DNA of 64,000 bases from the NCBI GenBank assembly GCA_010015585.1, contig ML975165.1; one strand, 5' to 3'. Under the pieces are notes generated by a model. It worked only from the letters and a program-made list of their open reading frames with translations, searched no databases and was not told the DNA's origin. The number at the start of each line of letters is the position of its first letter. Within the stretch, counting starts at the first letter, position 1. Source of the DNA: Eremomyces bilateralis CBS 781.70. Lineage: Eukaryota. This document shows, in pieces, positions 37,506-49,448 of this stretch. Position numbers and translations under genes: made by a program.

Positions 37506-39533
37506 ATGAAGACGCCCCACGCCATTTATACCGCGCTTTCAATAGCAACTGCTGCGCTTTCAACACCCCTTGGTACCAACCATGGGCTCGTTCAGTTCAA
37601 AGGCCCCATTAGTGTCGAGTCTGACTCGCTGCACAATGTCCACATTGGCTATGGAGATGATCTTGAAGGTGAACTCCGGGTGGTGTATGGAGACTGCGGC
37701 ATGAGTGCGGAACACGAGAAGCATCACGATATCACCATCACCATCGTTGACAAATCCTCCCGCCCCGATCGTCTGGTCTGGATTGTACCCCGAGAGATCC
37801 AGGCCAATGGTTGTCTTCATGCTTTCTCCAATGGAGGACTCGTGGGTCGATCCCTACCTATTGGCGTCTCTGCACCTCTTCGAAAACGTGAATTGTTAGC
37901 TGATGTTGCCGAAACAATGGGACCTTGGTTTGACGGTGTGGCATACATGCAATCCAAAAGCATCAATGCCGCTGCTTCAAAAGAAGCAAAGTCGAAGAGC
38001 ATTGCCATTGTCGGCGGTGGCATGAGCGGGCTCATGACCAGCTTGCTTCTTGAGTCGGTTGGTATGCACAACTGGCATATCCACGAGTCCACCCAGAGGG
38101 TTGCAGGTCGTGTCCGAACCAAGTATCTCAACAACACTACGCCTGACCAGTACCAATATCAAGAAATGGGCCCCATGCGCTTCCCAGTGAATATCAAGTA
38201 TTCCGATACCGACGAAAAAATCGATATCCAAGATCACAAGATGGTGTTCCAGCTCGGTGAGACTCTTAACAAGCTCAACAACAACGACCCAAGCGTAGCT
38301 GTCAATTTCATCCCCTTCATCCAAAACAGCCCGAACACTCCTGCCAGTTCGAATGGATACCGTCTCCCCGATGGTCGGATTCCAAGCAGCGCTCAACTCG
38401 AAGCCGACCCGTCCCTGAAAGGCCCTGCGTCCGTATCATCCAATCCCGAAGCCCAGGCTTTTGCCGAAGAAGCACTGGAACTGTTCGGAGGCATGACCCC
38501 CGACCGAATCAAGGCTTTTGCGACGAACGTCTACAGGGCCCACAAAGACGCGGTCGACCGCGGGTTATTTCACTGGTCCGAGGCTACTTATATTAAGTAT
38601 GCGCTTGACATGGACGCCAACCTCACGGACTCCATCGCAGGGGCTGAGCACCATCCGATGTGGCTTTATGACAATGTCTACTTCGGCGCTTCCGAATGGA
38701 AGACGATCGACAAAGGCCTCAGCTCCCTTGAGCGCGCATTCACACCGCTCGTGAAGGACAAGACCACCTTTGGCCGCAAGATTGAGGGACTTGCCTACGA
38801 TGCTGAAACCGACAAAGTGGCTCTCCAGTGGCGCGAGGATCCCTTCCAGATGGTACCCGAGACCGAGGAATATGACTATGCCATCGTCGCCGTTCCATTC
38901 TCGAAAGTGAGGGGCTGGAGCCTCCCGCGGTACTCAAGCCTTCTGACCCGTGCCATCGACACCATGAACTACCAACAGTCGTGCAAGATCGCACTTCACT
39001 ACAAGACTCGCTTCTGGGAGAAGTTGGATCCGCCAATCATCGGAGGATGCGGTTCCGTTGACATTTATGGTGTCGGTTCAGTCTGTTATCCTTCCTACAA
39101 TATCAACTCGACCGACCCCGGTGTCCTCCTTGCCGCGTACGCATCTGGCACTCCTGCGCGAACAATGGGCGCCCTGAGCGACGCGGACCACGTTGGTCTC
39201 GTTCAACGTGCCATGGTCGAGGCTCACGGCCAGATCGCCGCCGATGAGTACACTGGCATCTACGACCGTCAATGCTGGGAGATGGATGAGCATCAGGCTG
39301 GCGCGTGGGCCGCTCCCCTGCTCGGCCAACAGGAGCTCTACCTTCCTGCTTACTTCAACACGGAGTCCAAGACCATCTTTGTCGGAGAGCATACCAGCTA
39401 TACGCATGCCTGGATCTTCTCTGCCCTGGACAGCGCTGTGCGTGGAACCACGCAACTCTTGCTTGACCTTGGTTTGGTGGATGAGGCGAAAGAGATTGTC
39501 AACACTTGGATGGGTCGGTGGATTGCGGTCTAA
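37506..39533 (+). CDS. Secreted flavin L-amino-acid oxidase precursor
   Basis: Signal peptide MKTPHAIYTALSIATAALS; propeptide ending in LRKR (Kex2-like); FAD motif IAIVGGGMSGL, RVAGRVRT, QEMGPMRFP, KIALHYKTRFWE, FVGEHTSYTHAWIFSALDSA; intronless. Confidence 0.92.
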   Translation: MKTPHAIYTALSIATAALSTPLGTNHGLVQFKGPISVESDSLHNVHIGYGDDLEGELRVVYGDCGMSAEHEKHHDITITIVDKSSRPDRLVWIVPREIQANGCLHAFSNGGLVGRSLPIGVSAPLRKRELLADVAETMGPWFDGVAYMQSKSINAAASKEAKSKSIAIVGGGMSGLMTSLLLESVGMHNWHIHESTQRVAGRVRTKYLNNTTPDQYQYQEMGPMRFPVNIKYSDTDEKIDIQDHKMVFQLGETLNKLNNNDPSVAVNFIPFIQNSPNTPASSNGYRLPDGRIPSSAQLEADPSLKGPASVSSNPEAQAFAEEALELFGGMTPDRIKAFATNVYRAHKDAVDRGLFHWSEATYIKYALDMDANLTDSIAGAEHHPMWLYDNVYFGASEWKTIDKGLSSLERAFTPLVKDKTTFGRKIEGLAYDAETDKVALQWREDPFQMVPETEEYDYAIVAVPFSKVRGWSLPRYSSLLTRAIDTMNYQQSCKIALHYKTRFWEKLDPPIIGGCGSVDIYGVGSVCYPSYNINSTDPGVLLAAYASGTPARTMGALSDADHVGLVQRAMVEAHGQIAADEYTGIYDRQCWEMDEHQAGAWAAPLLGQQELYLPAYFNTESKTIFVGEHTSYTHAWIFSALDSAVRGTTQLLLDLGLVDEAKEIVNTWMGRWIAV

Positions 39534-39800
39534 TCATTGGTCGGACGCTGGTCGAGTGTAGCTGGAGGAAGTGTTTTATTTAATGCGTCGACAGGTCGAC
39601 TGATAGGTGCTTTGAGCATATTGATGACAATGACATGATCTTTTTACGTGTATGAGTGCAATCCCTGAGTGCAATCCCTGAGAGCCCCGCTGCTGTGCAT
39701 GACGGTCTTCGATTGATAAACTTTTGCATAAGCGGACGTAACATCATTCACGTACATGTTTTGCTCTCTGTGCTGGCCGGAGTTTTGGTTGCTAAAAGCA

Positions 39801-41503
<1,703 letters not shown>

Positions 41504-42185
41504 CTTTCTTATGCCAGGTATGGGAGAGACTAAGGTATTTGGTAGGAATTGACAAAGTAGTAGCACTTCGAGAATGTTCAGATGATAAGGTTCCCTGTCT
41601 CTGGCTTTAAATACTTGTAGGATTGAATCAACTTATTTTCAGCCCATCACCCTCCTGCACTTTCGGGTCTTGAGTCTGGTCTTGAATTGGAGGGGGTTGA
41701 ACTGTGTCCAACTCAGTCCAAGGCCCCAAGGCTCAGGGCAAGTTGCAGCTCCATGTCACTAGCTCCGGCTGTGCTACGCCATTGTCCCCACCAATGTCCG
41801 TGTGCGCTGCAGTGCCAATTGCGAAGATGCCCGAGACGGAACACGCCAAAGTGTAATTAGTGTCAAGTACGGACTACTCCGTACTCATCGAGCCAGAACT
41901 GCATCTTAATCAGGAGCGTGCAGGAGGCATAGGAACGGTTCGCCTAAATCGTGACGCCACCAGGTATGAGGTAAGAAAAGGAAAATTGACGAGACAGATG
42001 TTCAGGAGATTAGGAAAGTACCCAGAGCTCGAGCTTCTAGGGGTGAATATCATTGATGTTCGATATATGCACTAGGTTGCCTGCGATTATCTTATGCGAA
42101 GACGAATCCAATATCAAACACCGCCGTGAGTTTGCCGCATTCAAAGAACTTTATTCAACCCTCAAATACCCGTGCCTTCGGAAAC

Positions 42186-43540
42186 CTAAGGAATGTGTCC
42201 ATTAATCGCCAGCACTCTTACGCTTTCATCGACCGTTTCGGGGTTCGCACCAGGTTCGGCCGGTCTCAGCGATGGCAGAGGAGCAGGGTTCAGAATCTTG
42301 ATCGCATCGATCAATGGAGCACTTGGGTTCACCTCCAGACCAAAGCCCGGCTTGTTTAGCTCAGAAACATCAAGATAGCCGTTTACTGGGATTGGCTCGT
42401 TCAGGAACAAGTTGCCGAACACAGGTAAGACCGACTTGCCATCCGGTGAGTTGGCAAGATACTCCTGAAAGGGGGAGTTCGCTTGTGAGACAACGAAGTG
42501 GTAGCTGTACGAACCGCTGGCATGCGGCACAATCGGGATGTCATACGCAGATGCCATAGCGGAGATCTTCAGAAGCTCTGTCATTCCGCCAACCCACATG
42601 ACATCCGGTTGAAGGATGTCCAGATTTCGGCCCTCGATGAGCTTTCGGAATCCATAGCGGGAATACTCATGCTCTCCGGTCGTGAATTTGGTTCGGGGAT
42701 GTGCTCGCTTGATCAGCTCGTAGCCCTCGGTGTCGTCTGGACTTAAACACTCCTCAAACCAGTTAATCTTGAGGTCTTCGCATTCCCGGGCTAGTTCGAT
42801 CGTATAAGGAACGTTCAGGCTCATGTAGCAGTCGACCATGAGAGGAAAGTCGAATCCGACACTCTCGCGATGTTTCCGGAGAAACTCGACATTCTTTCGC
42901 ATGCCTTCCGCTCCCTCTCCAGGGCCGTAAGGCAGAGGGACCTTAGCACCACTGAATCCCATGGATTTTGCAGCGGCAGGTTCTGGCCCTGTGCAATAGA
43001 AGTCGAGCCTGCTTCGAGTGGCGCCTCCTATCATCTTGTACACGGGCTCGTTCCGTATCTTCCCCAGTAGGTCCCAGAGCGCAAGGTCAATGACTGAAAT
43101 GACCGCAACTGGCAATCCTTTTCGGCCATAGAACATGGAAGCCCGGTACATCTGCTCAAACACATGGTTTGTGTCTCTTGGATCTAGTCATATTAATCGG
43201 AATTTATATCCAATGTGCAGTCGAAGGCCTTACCGGCTCCTATGAGGAATCGTTCAAAATGTTGAGCAACGAGCCAACACGCAGGAGGTCCACCAAAACC
43301 AGTAGCGAACCCTTTACTGCCATCTGATGCTTCGATTTGCACGCAGAATGATCCAAGGACATTGATTCCCCAACTGGTCCGAGATTGTCTGTACTCTTCA
43401 TACTGCGACATGGGCGTGGAGATTTTGGAATCAATCAACCAATGCCCACCTTTTACATTGTGATAGTCCCCTCCCGACCCCACGCCATGCAGGATGAATG
43501 TACGAACGCCATTGACTAGGGGAAACGCCTGAACCGGCAT
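42186..43540 (-). CDS. L-rhamnonate dehydratase (mandelate racemase/enolase superfamily, LRA3/LraC-like)
   Basis: GGDYH..KGGHWLIDSKISTPMS, SWGINVLGS, DLALWDLLGK, LMVDCYMSL, WFEECLSPDD, TTGEHEYSRYGF, LQPDVMWVGG; one coding intron near 43185-43233. Confidence 0.92.
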
Positions 43541-43957
43541 GATGCCGTTCGTCTCGCCTTGAGGGAGCTTAGCAGCAGGCGTCTTAAGTGTCAAATGGTT
43601 TTTGTCGCGTTACGCAAACTGATCAGGTCTATCACTTACGGTCCGTGTCTACTGCAGCAGGATGGTATATATCCAGAAGCGGGCGCTCTCTACTGCAAAT
43701 CCGCTACATTTTCAGACAGATTGCGGCGAGGGTGAGATGAGCCCGACGCCAGGATTCTGAGTCGCAGAGATTTCCGTCGGTGTATTAAATGCTGACTAGA
43801 ATTCAGACATTTCACTTATTCTTGCGTCTGGCAATCTTCGTCACTCGACAATCGACAGCCGACACTAATTATTATTAGCTGCAACCAGACCGCTAGGCGA
43901 CTTCAGTCACCCCATCGGAGCCATTAGCCCGATCTGGGGGATGGTCAGCGGCCCCAG

Positions 43958-43974
43958 CGGGCATTGATGGCCCG
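43958..43974. promoter_or_regulatory. CGG-N11-CCG inverted triplet, candidate Zn2Cys6 (RhaR-type) binding site
   Basis: CGG gcattgatggc CCG in the divergent promoter; a CGG-N10-CCG lies at 43916-43931. Confidence 0.45.
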
Positions 43975-44173
43975 CGACATTGGCGTGACGGATGCCGCAA
44001 CAATATTCCCGTCTCTAGAGCCCAACTTGGCCCATCCCCAACCCCGCAAACCGGTCGGCTGTCACAACCTTGCAAGCCCGAATCTGACTGAGATCAGCTC
44101 TCTCGGTCTATCACCGAACGAGAAGGAATGGCAACTCCCTCAGTTGCTTCCTCTGTCTCGATGCGCTGCAGCC

Positions 44174-46732
44174 ATGAGCTTGCCCGGCAACCAGCCGCAG
44201 CATTTCGCCAGTCCGCAGTCGCATTCGGCCTCATCTGGCGCCCACCAGTCCCCTGACGAAGTAAACAACCTGAGACACGCGAATGGTCAGTGGGACGGCA
44301 ACGAGAGCAATGGGGAGGACGAGCAGGATGGCTCCAGGAAGCGGAAGAGATCGAATGGACCGGTGTTGGAGGGACCAACGCCGGTCTCATGCGAAATGTG
44401 CAAGCAGCGCAAAGTAAGATGCGATCGTGGACAGCCAGATTGCGGCTGGTGTGTGAGGAACGGTCACGTATGCGAATACAAGCCCCGCAAAAAGCCTGGA
44501 CTAAGAGCGGGTTATGGGCGGGAATTAGAATCAAGACTTGGTAAGTATACGATCGAGAAAGCGCCTGGGATGGGATGGCTAATGTTTGGATCAAGATCGA
44601 CTTGAGGAATTGGTCCGTATTCAGCAAACCACCATCACGCAGCTTGCATCGGCGCAAGGGACGGTTATCGAGACATCAACTGCTCCTCCTACAACCTCAG
44701 ACGTACAAACTGTCTTTAGAACTCCTGCGCCGTTACAAAAACCTCACATCCCTGGCCCGGAGACAGCACTGTTTTTGCAAAAACCATCCTCTTTCAACGC
44801 GGCCCCTACAATAGCTCACGACTATCGCACCAACCTCAATGGTGGACAGACATCGTTACACAGCGGATCAAGGACCAATAGTCTTCAGCAGAATATATCC
44901 GGGGAACCTCTCCATCCACAAGGTGCTCGAAATCACCCACGCTCCTCAAGAGACTCATATGGACAAGTTCCTGACCCGATTTTGGAGTCTTCATCTCTCA
45001 ATATCCGTAACAGCCCGCCTGCGTCGGACTCCATGGAGGGTGATCTACCGCCTCAGGATCTGGTATGGGCACTAACGACCCTTTTCTTCCACCATGTAAA
45101 TACATGGTGTCCAATCTTTGTACGGCGTCAGTTGAGCGATTCCCTATTCGGCTCCAAACCCTTGAATGACGATGATCGTATTATGCTTCATGCTATTGTA
45201 GCCACCAGCCTAAGATTCTCGACGGACCCACGGCTCACACCTGAGAGACGGACGAGGTATCATTCGATCTCGAAAGAGAAGGTGCTCCTCTACGGCCTTG
45301 AAAATAGCTCGGTGAGATCACTTCAAGCCCTGGTAATCCTCGCCCTGGATGTCGTTGGATCTTCCAATGGACCACCAGGCTGGAACCTCCTCGCTCTTAT
45401 CACGCGCTCAGTCGTCCAACTTGGACTTGCTGTGGAACCGAATTCTTCTACCGTGGTCCCCGCTTACCCCTCGATCTACACGCTTCGGGCCATGGTATTG
45501 CCGGGACCGATTGACTTTCATGAAGAAGAATGCAGGAGGCGGCTCTTCTGGATGATTTATCTGCTTGATAGATACGCCACGATCGCCACGGCGTTTGAGT
45601 TCGCGTTGGACGAAAAAGAAATTGACCGGAAACTGCCATGCCATGAACAATTCTTCGAGAACAATCAGCGTGTGGAGACTCGATGGTTCCGGTCCAAAGC
45701 AGACCCAGCAGAAGTTTCGGAGGACAGGCCAGACAACCTAGGAGTGTTTTCTTATTACGTTGAACTCATCGGGATCCTTTCACAGATTCATCAGTTCCTC
45801 AAGAAACCAGTTGACATCGGTGCGCAACCTGATGTCGATGCGTGGAGGAAGGAATACAAACAGCTGGACAGTGCCATCCAGCAATGGTATTATAGAGTTC
45901 CGGCCGAGATTCGCAATATTTCTTGTCTCTACCGTTCCGATCGCAACCCGCGGAATGCTCAGACCTGTCCATGGGTTATGCTGCATGCCGCTCACCAAAC
46001 GTGGGTCTGGCCAACCTTTCGTCCCGGGTTTTACTAACGTCTGCCAGCACCATCATCCGGCTTCATTCTTCAGCGGCATACCCGACAACCCGTTCTCCGA
46101 AATTCCAGCCTTCACGGTCTGCAGCGGACAATTGTGTCACTGCCGCCCAGCGGATCGTCGACCTGTGTACATATGTGCGGGACCACCAGCTTCTGGACAA
46201 GCTGGGTCCGCCCTTCGTATTCTCGGTCTGGGTCGCCGCTCGCCTCATCCTCGTAGACTGCACCACGCGCAAGCAGGGCATATCCACCGGAATCTGGACG
46301 CTGGTCGAAACCCTTCGAACCATGGGCAAGTACTGGCAAGTCGCCGAGCGATATGCCGACCTGCTCCAACGCGTCCTGGACGAGTATCAAGATTCTCTCC
46401 ACGCACCGCCTGGCCCAGATGGCGAGCGGACGACGCCGTCGGCCGTAAAGATTCTCGCCGACATGAGGAGGACGGCCTTCGATTCGGACTTCTTGATTTC
46501 TCGACAGCCTCGTGAACCAACTAGAAATGGTTCCATGGCTGGCGCCGGGACGTACAATGTGAGTGGGGGGGCACAGATGAGGGCCCTGGCGCCGAATGAG
46601 CTGGATTATCTGGAGATTTATGATTTCAATTGGCCACCGTTTCCCCCTCATGTGGATATGGGTCAAAACGAGTTCAATTCCGATCCCTTTCCGTTTCCGA
46701 ATGAAGATTGGATCTTCAACGCTCCATCATAG
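44174..46732 (+). CDS. Zn(II)2Cys6 transcription factor, RhaR/PDR-1-like
   Basis: CEMCKQRKVRCDRGQPDCGWCVRNGHVCEY..RKKPGLRAGYGRELESRL; fungal TF middle homology region (RRRLFWMIYLLDRY); two introns; divergent from the rhamnonate dehydratase. Confidence 0.88.
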
Positions 46733-47876
46733 ATTTAAAGAGCGGCTCGTTTGAAATTTCGGCTAGAAGAGGTTATGGAAGATACCACTCAGCTTTCGGG
46801 TTTTTTAACGGCTTGATGATACCTAATGGATGCCTAGGGAGCATTTCTACAATGTATCCAATTGTTCGGTTCTTTGTCTTGGCTAAAATATAACCACACT
46901 TGTTGTGGGAAGGCACATAATTATAACTTTAATAAAGTCAATCTTTGTAAAGTGGAGCATGAATGGCTATAGTGGCTTAGAGGGGGATTAGATTATTCTA
47001 GGACCCCCTGAATGTTCACTGTCATTGACCACCTCTTTTTGCAGGATGGTACAGAATAGAAGTACGTGTAGACAGCATGTCTCTGGATCAACAAGAAGAA
47101 GAATGAAGATGTGAGTTGCATCAAATGCCCACTCTAAATGGGGAGAGGAGGCTTACTGCTGCCTACTTAGATAGGGAAGACTGGATCAGTGAGAGACGTG
47201 CCTTCCACACAGCAGCGAGCATCCACATGTTACTGCATGCAGATGGGAATACCTGCGATGTAGGCGGAAAACTCGGAGCAGAGACTTCTATCCGTTGTGG
47301 TGAAGTCATAGTGCCGTACCATGGAGATGCTTGGAAGACAAGGACGGGGTTTTTAAACCCACCGATTCCTGGATCCAAGGAAGGCATGCTGCAGTCATGA
47401 TATTGAATGTTGATAAGGCGTGAGCGAATCCAAAAACTTAGGGAAGCACGGGAAGATTGAATGAAGCGTGATTGCATTTATCGGTTCATCTATATGAGGA
47501 CGCTACTCACACCTCGCGTCAAATCATCCTGCATTGCTCCATCATCAGATAATCTCTCCCAGACCATCACATCGTCACTGGAATCGTAGTGATATCGTGA
47601 CGCCCACTCTCCCGAATGGCCCCAACAGTGCGTCCCGTGGGGGTCGTTGGGGGTCGAGGGATCCATTGCCAAAAAAAACCCGGTAAACACCATGCTAAAC
47701 CTCAAAGTCGTCCTGAACTGTTCGTCGAGCGCGTGATGCCAAATCATCAAGCGCGCTGCTATGCCCCGTGAAGGCGAAAGTGCCTCGTGCGAATGCCCCG
47801 AGCATATGCCTTGAAGCCATGCAGAAAAGCAAGAAAGCAAATAATCTCGTGGTGCGGTGGAGATCGTGTCTCCGGA

Positions 47877-49448
47877 TCAGTGCTTCCCGGACAAGCGGAT
47901 GCCTAATCGTAGAAGGCGAGTCCGGAACCACGCGAGGAACCCAAACCACGTCCTCTTGAACCCACCGCCACGCTTCCCCTGTCCCGTGAACTCAACGTAT
48001 TCCTCCTTCTCATTCATCGCACTGATGGGACGCCCCCTGATCGGCATGCTCACCGCAGTTTCGCTGTAGCTCGGGAAATTCGCATGCTCTAGCCCCTCTA
48101 CCTCCGTCTTCTTCTCCGCCTCCGACTCTACCCCCTTCTTCTTCTTATTCTTCTTCTGCTCCTTATCTTCGCGGCTCCACTCACGCTCGCGGGCCTTCCG
48201 GCTCTGTCGCTCCGCGCTGCGCTTCCGCTTTCGCTCCTCACTCTCCAGCCGGCGCTCGTGCGATCGCTGGTGCCGCTCGGTGCTTTCGCGGCGGCGATGC
48301 TCCTTTTTCGCCTCGCGTTCGCGGGCACGGCGTTCTTCGGCTTCGTATTTGCGCTCCTTGGCTTCCTCGCGCTCGGCGAAGGCGGCGCGGAGGCGCGCGA
48401 TGTCTTGGGCGCGCTCGGTGTTGGGGTCGACTGGGGAGGAGGAGGCGGTGTCGGCGGTGCGAGTGCGGGAGAAGGAGAACGGGTGGGTGAAGGAGTGGGC
48501 GATGCTGGAGGCTTTGTCAAAGCTGGTGCGAGTCGAAGAGGTCGCGGGGATGTTGCTGGTGGCGGCGGTGGAGGTGCTGAAAACGGCCATGCTGTTGTTG
48601 GTATTGGGTGTTCCGTTCGTCGTGGCAGTGTCGACGGATGCATGCGTATTGCCACGAGGCCGTGGGAACGCGTGATTGGGAACGGATCCGCTGCGAATCG
48701 AGGATTGAGAGGGGTTGGGGTGAGTGTGGGGAAGACGAGTGAGGGATGGTGTTGCGCTCGGAGTGTGGCTATGAGGAGTGGAGTGAAAGGTGCCGTTCAT
48801 CTCGCCATCGGCAAATGCGACGCGAACACTTCGAAGGGCTTCGTCGTCGCCCGTAACGGGAGTGATCTCGTCAGGGTCCGTGTCCGCAACGGAAATCGGG
48901 TTGGATCTCGCATAGGGTGGAGTGTATGCGCTGGGAGTTTGCTTCATCGGGTGGACAAACGGGGCGGAAGGCCGGTAAGGAGAAGATGAGGCGGAGAATT
49001 GCGAGTTGCTGCTCCTAGTGCGAGAGTGACGGGATCGAGACATCGGCGCGAAGTTGACATCTGAAGCCCTTGGAGTCGGTCCGAAATGATAGTCGGCGTT
49101 GATTCCTAAGCCGGCAAGCCGCTCTTGCTCCGATCGGGACATGTTGATCTTGCCGTGTGAATCATTGGTTGCTAGTTTGCGGATGTATGGCTTGATCTTC
49201 AATCCACGAGAGCCATGACCAGAGCGCTGGGAATCGAGAGAGGGTCGGGTCTCCCTCACCAGGTCACCATAGGTCGCTCGAAGCTCCTCCGTCCTTCGCG
49301 ATTCAGTGCTATGACGCAGCATCTCGTTGGCGTATGGTGGAGTAGGTGAAGTGAATGAGGAATCGGAGTTGCCACGCTTGTGGAGGCGACCGTGTGCAGA
49401 GGTTCCTCGTGAGGGGTAAGGTTGAGAGACGTTGTAGGAAGAAGACAT
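47877..49448 (-). CDS. Hypothetical low-complexity protein (Ser/Thr-rich, charged coiled coil, amphipathic C-terminal W/F helix)
   Basis: ORF of more than 520 codons from ATG 49448; KIKPYIRKL, PFVHPMKQTP, RAAFAEREEAKERKY, KRTWFGFLAWFRTRLLRLG. Confidence 0.75.
   Translation of the reverse strand: MSSSYNVSQPYPSRGTSAHGRLHKRGNSDSSFTSPTPPYANEMLRHSTESRRTEELRATYGDLVRETRPSLDSQRSGHGSRGLKIKPYIRKLATNDSHGKINMSRSEQERLAGLGINADYHFGPTPRASDVNFAPMSRSRHSRTRSSNSQFSASSSPYRPSAPFVHPMKQTPSAYTPPYARSNPISVADTDPDEITPVTGDDEALRSVRVAFADGEMNGTFHSTPHSHTPSATPSLTRLPHTHPNPSQSSIRSGSVPNHAFPRPRGNTHASVDTATTNGTPNTNNSMAVFSTSTAATSNIPATSSTRTSFDKASSIAHSFTHPFSFSRTRTADTASSSPVDPNTERAQDIARLRAAFAEREEAKERKYEAEERRAREREAKKEHRRRESTERHQRSHERRLESEERKRKRSAERQSRKAREREWSREDKEQKKNKKKKGVESEAEKKTEVEGLEHANFPSYSETAVSMPIRGRPISAMNEKEEYVEFTGQGKRGGGFKRTWFGFLAWFRTRLLRLGIRLSGKH

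Noticed and set aside
39653..39682. 13-bp tandem duplication (tgagtgcaatccc x2)
   Set aside because: Isolated slippage-type duplication between convergent genes; no further structure.
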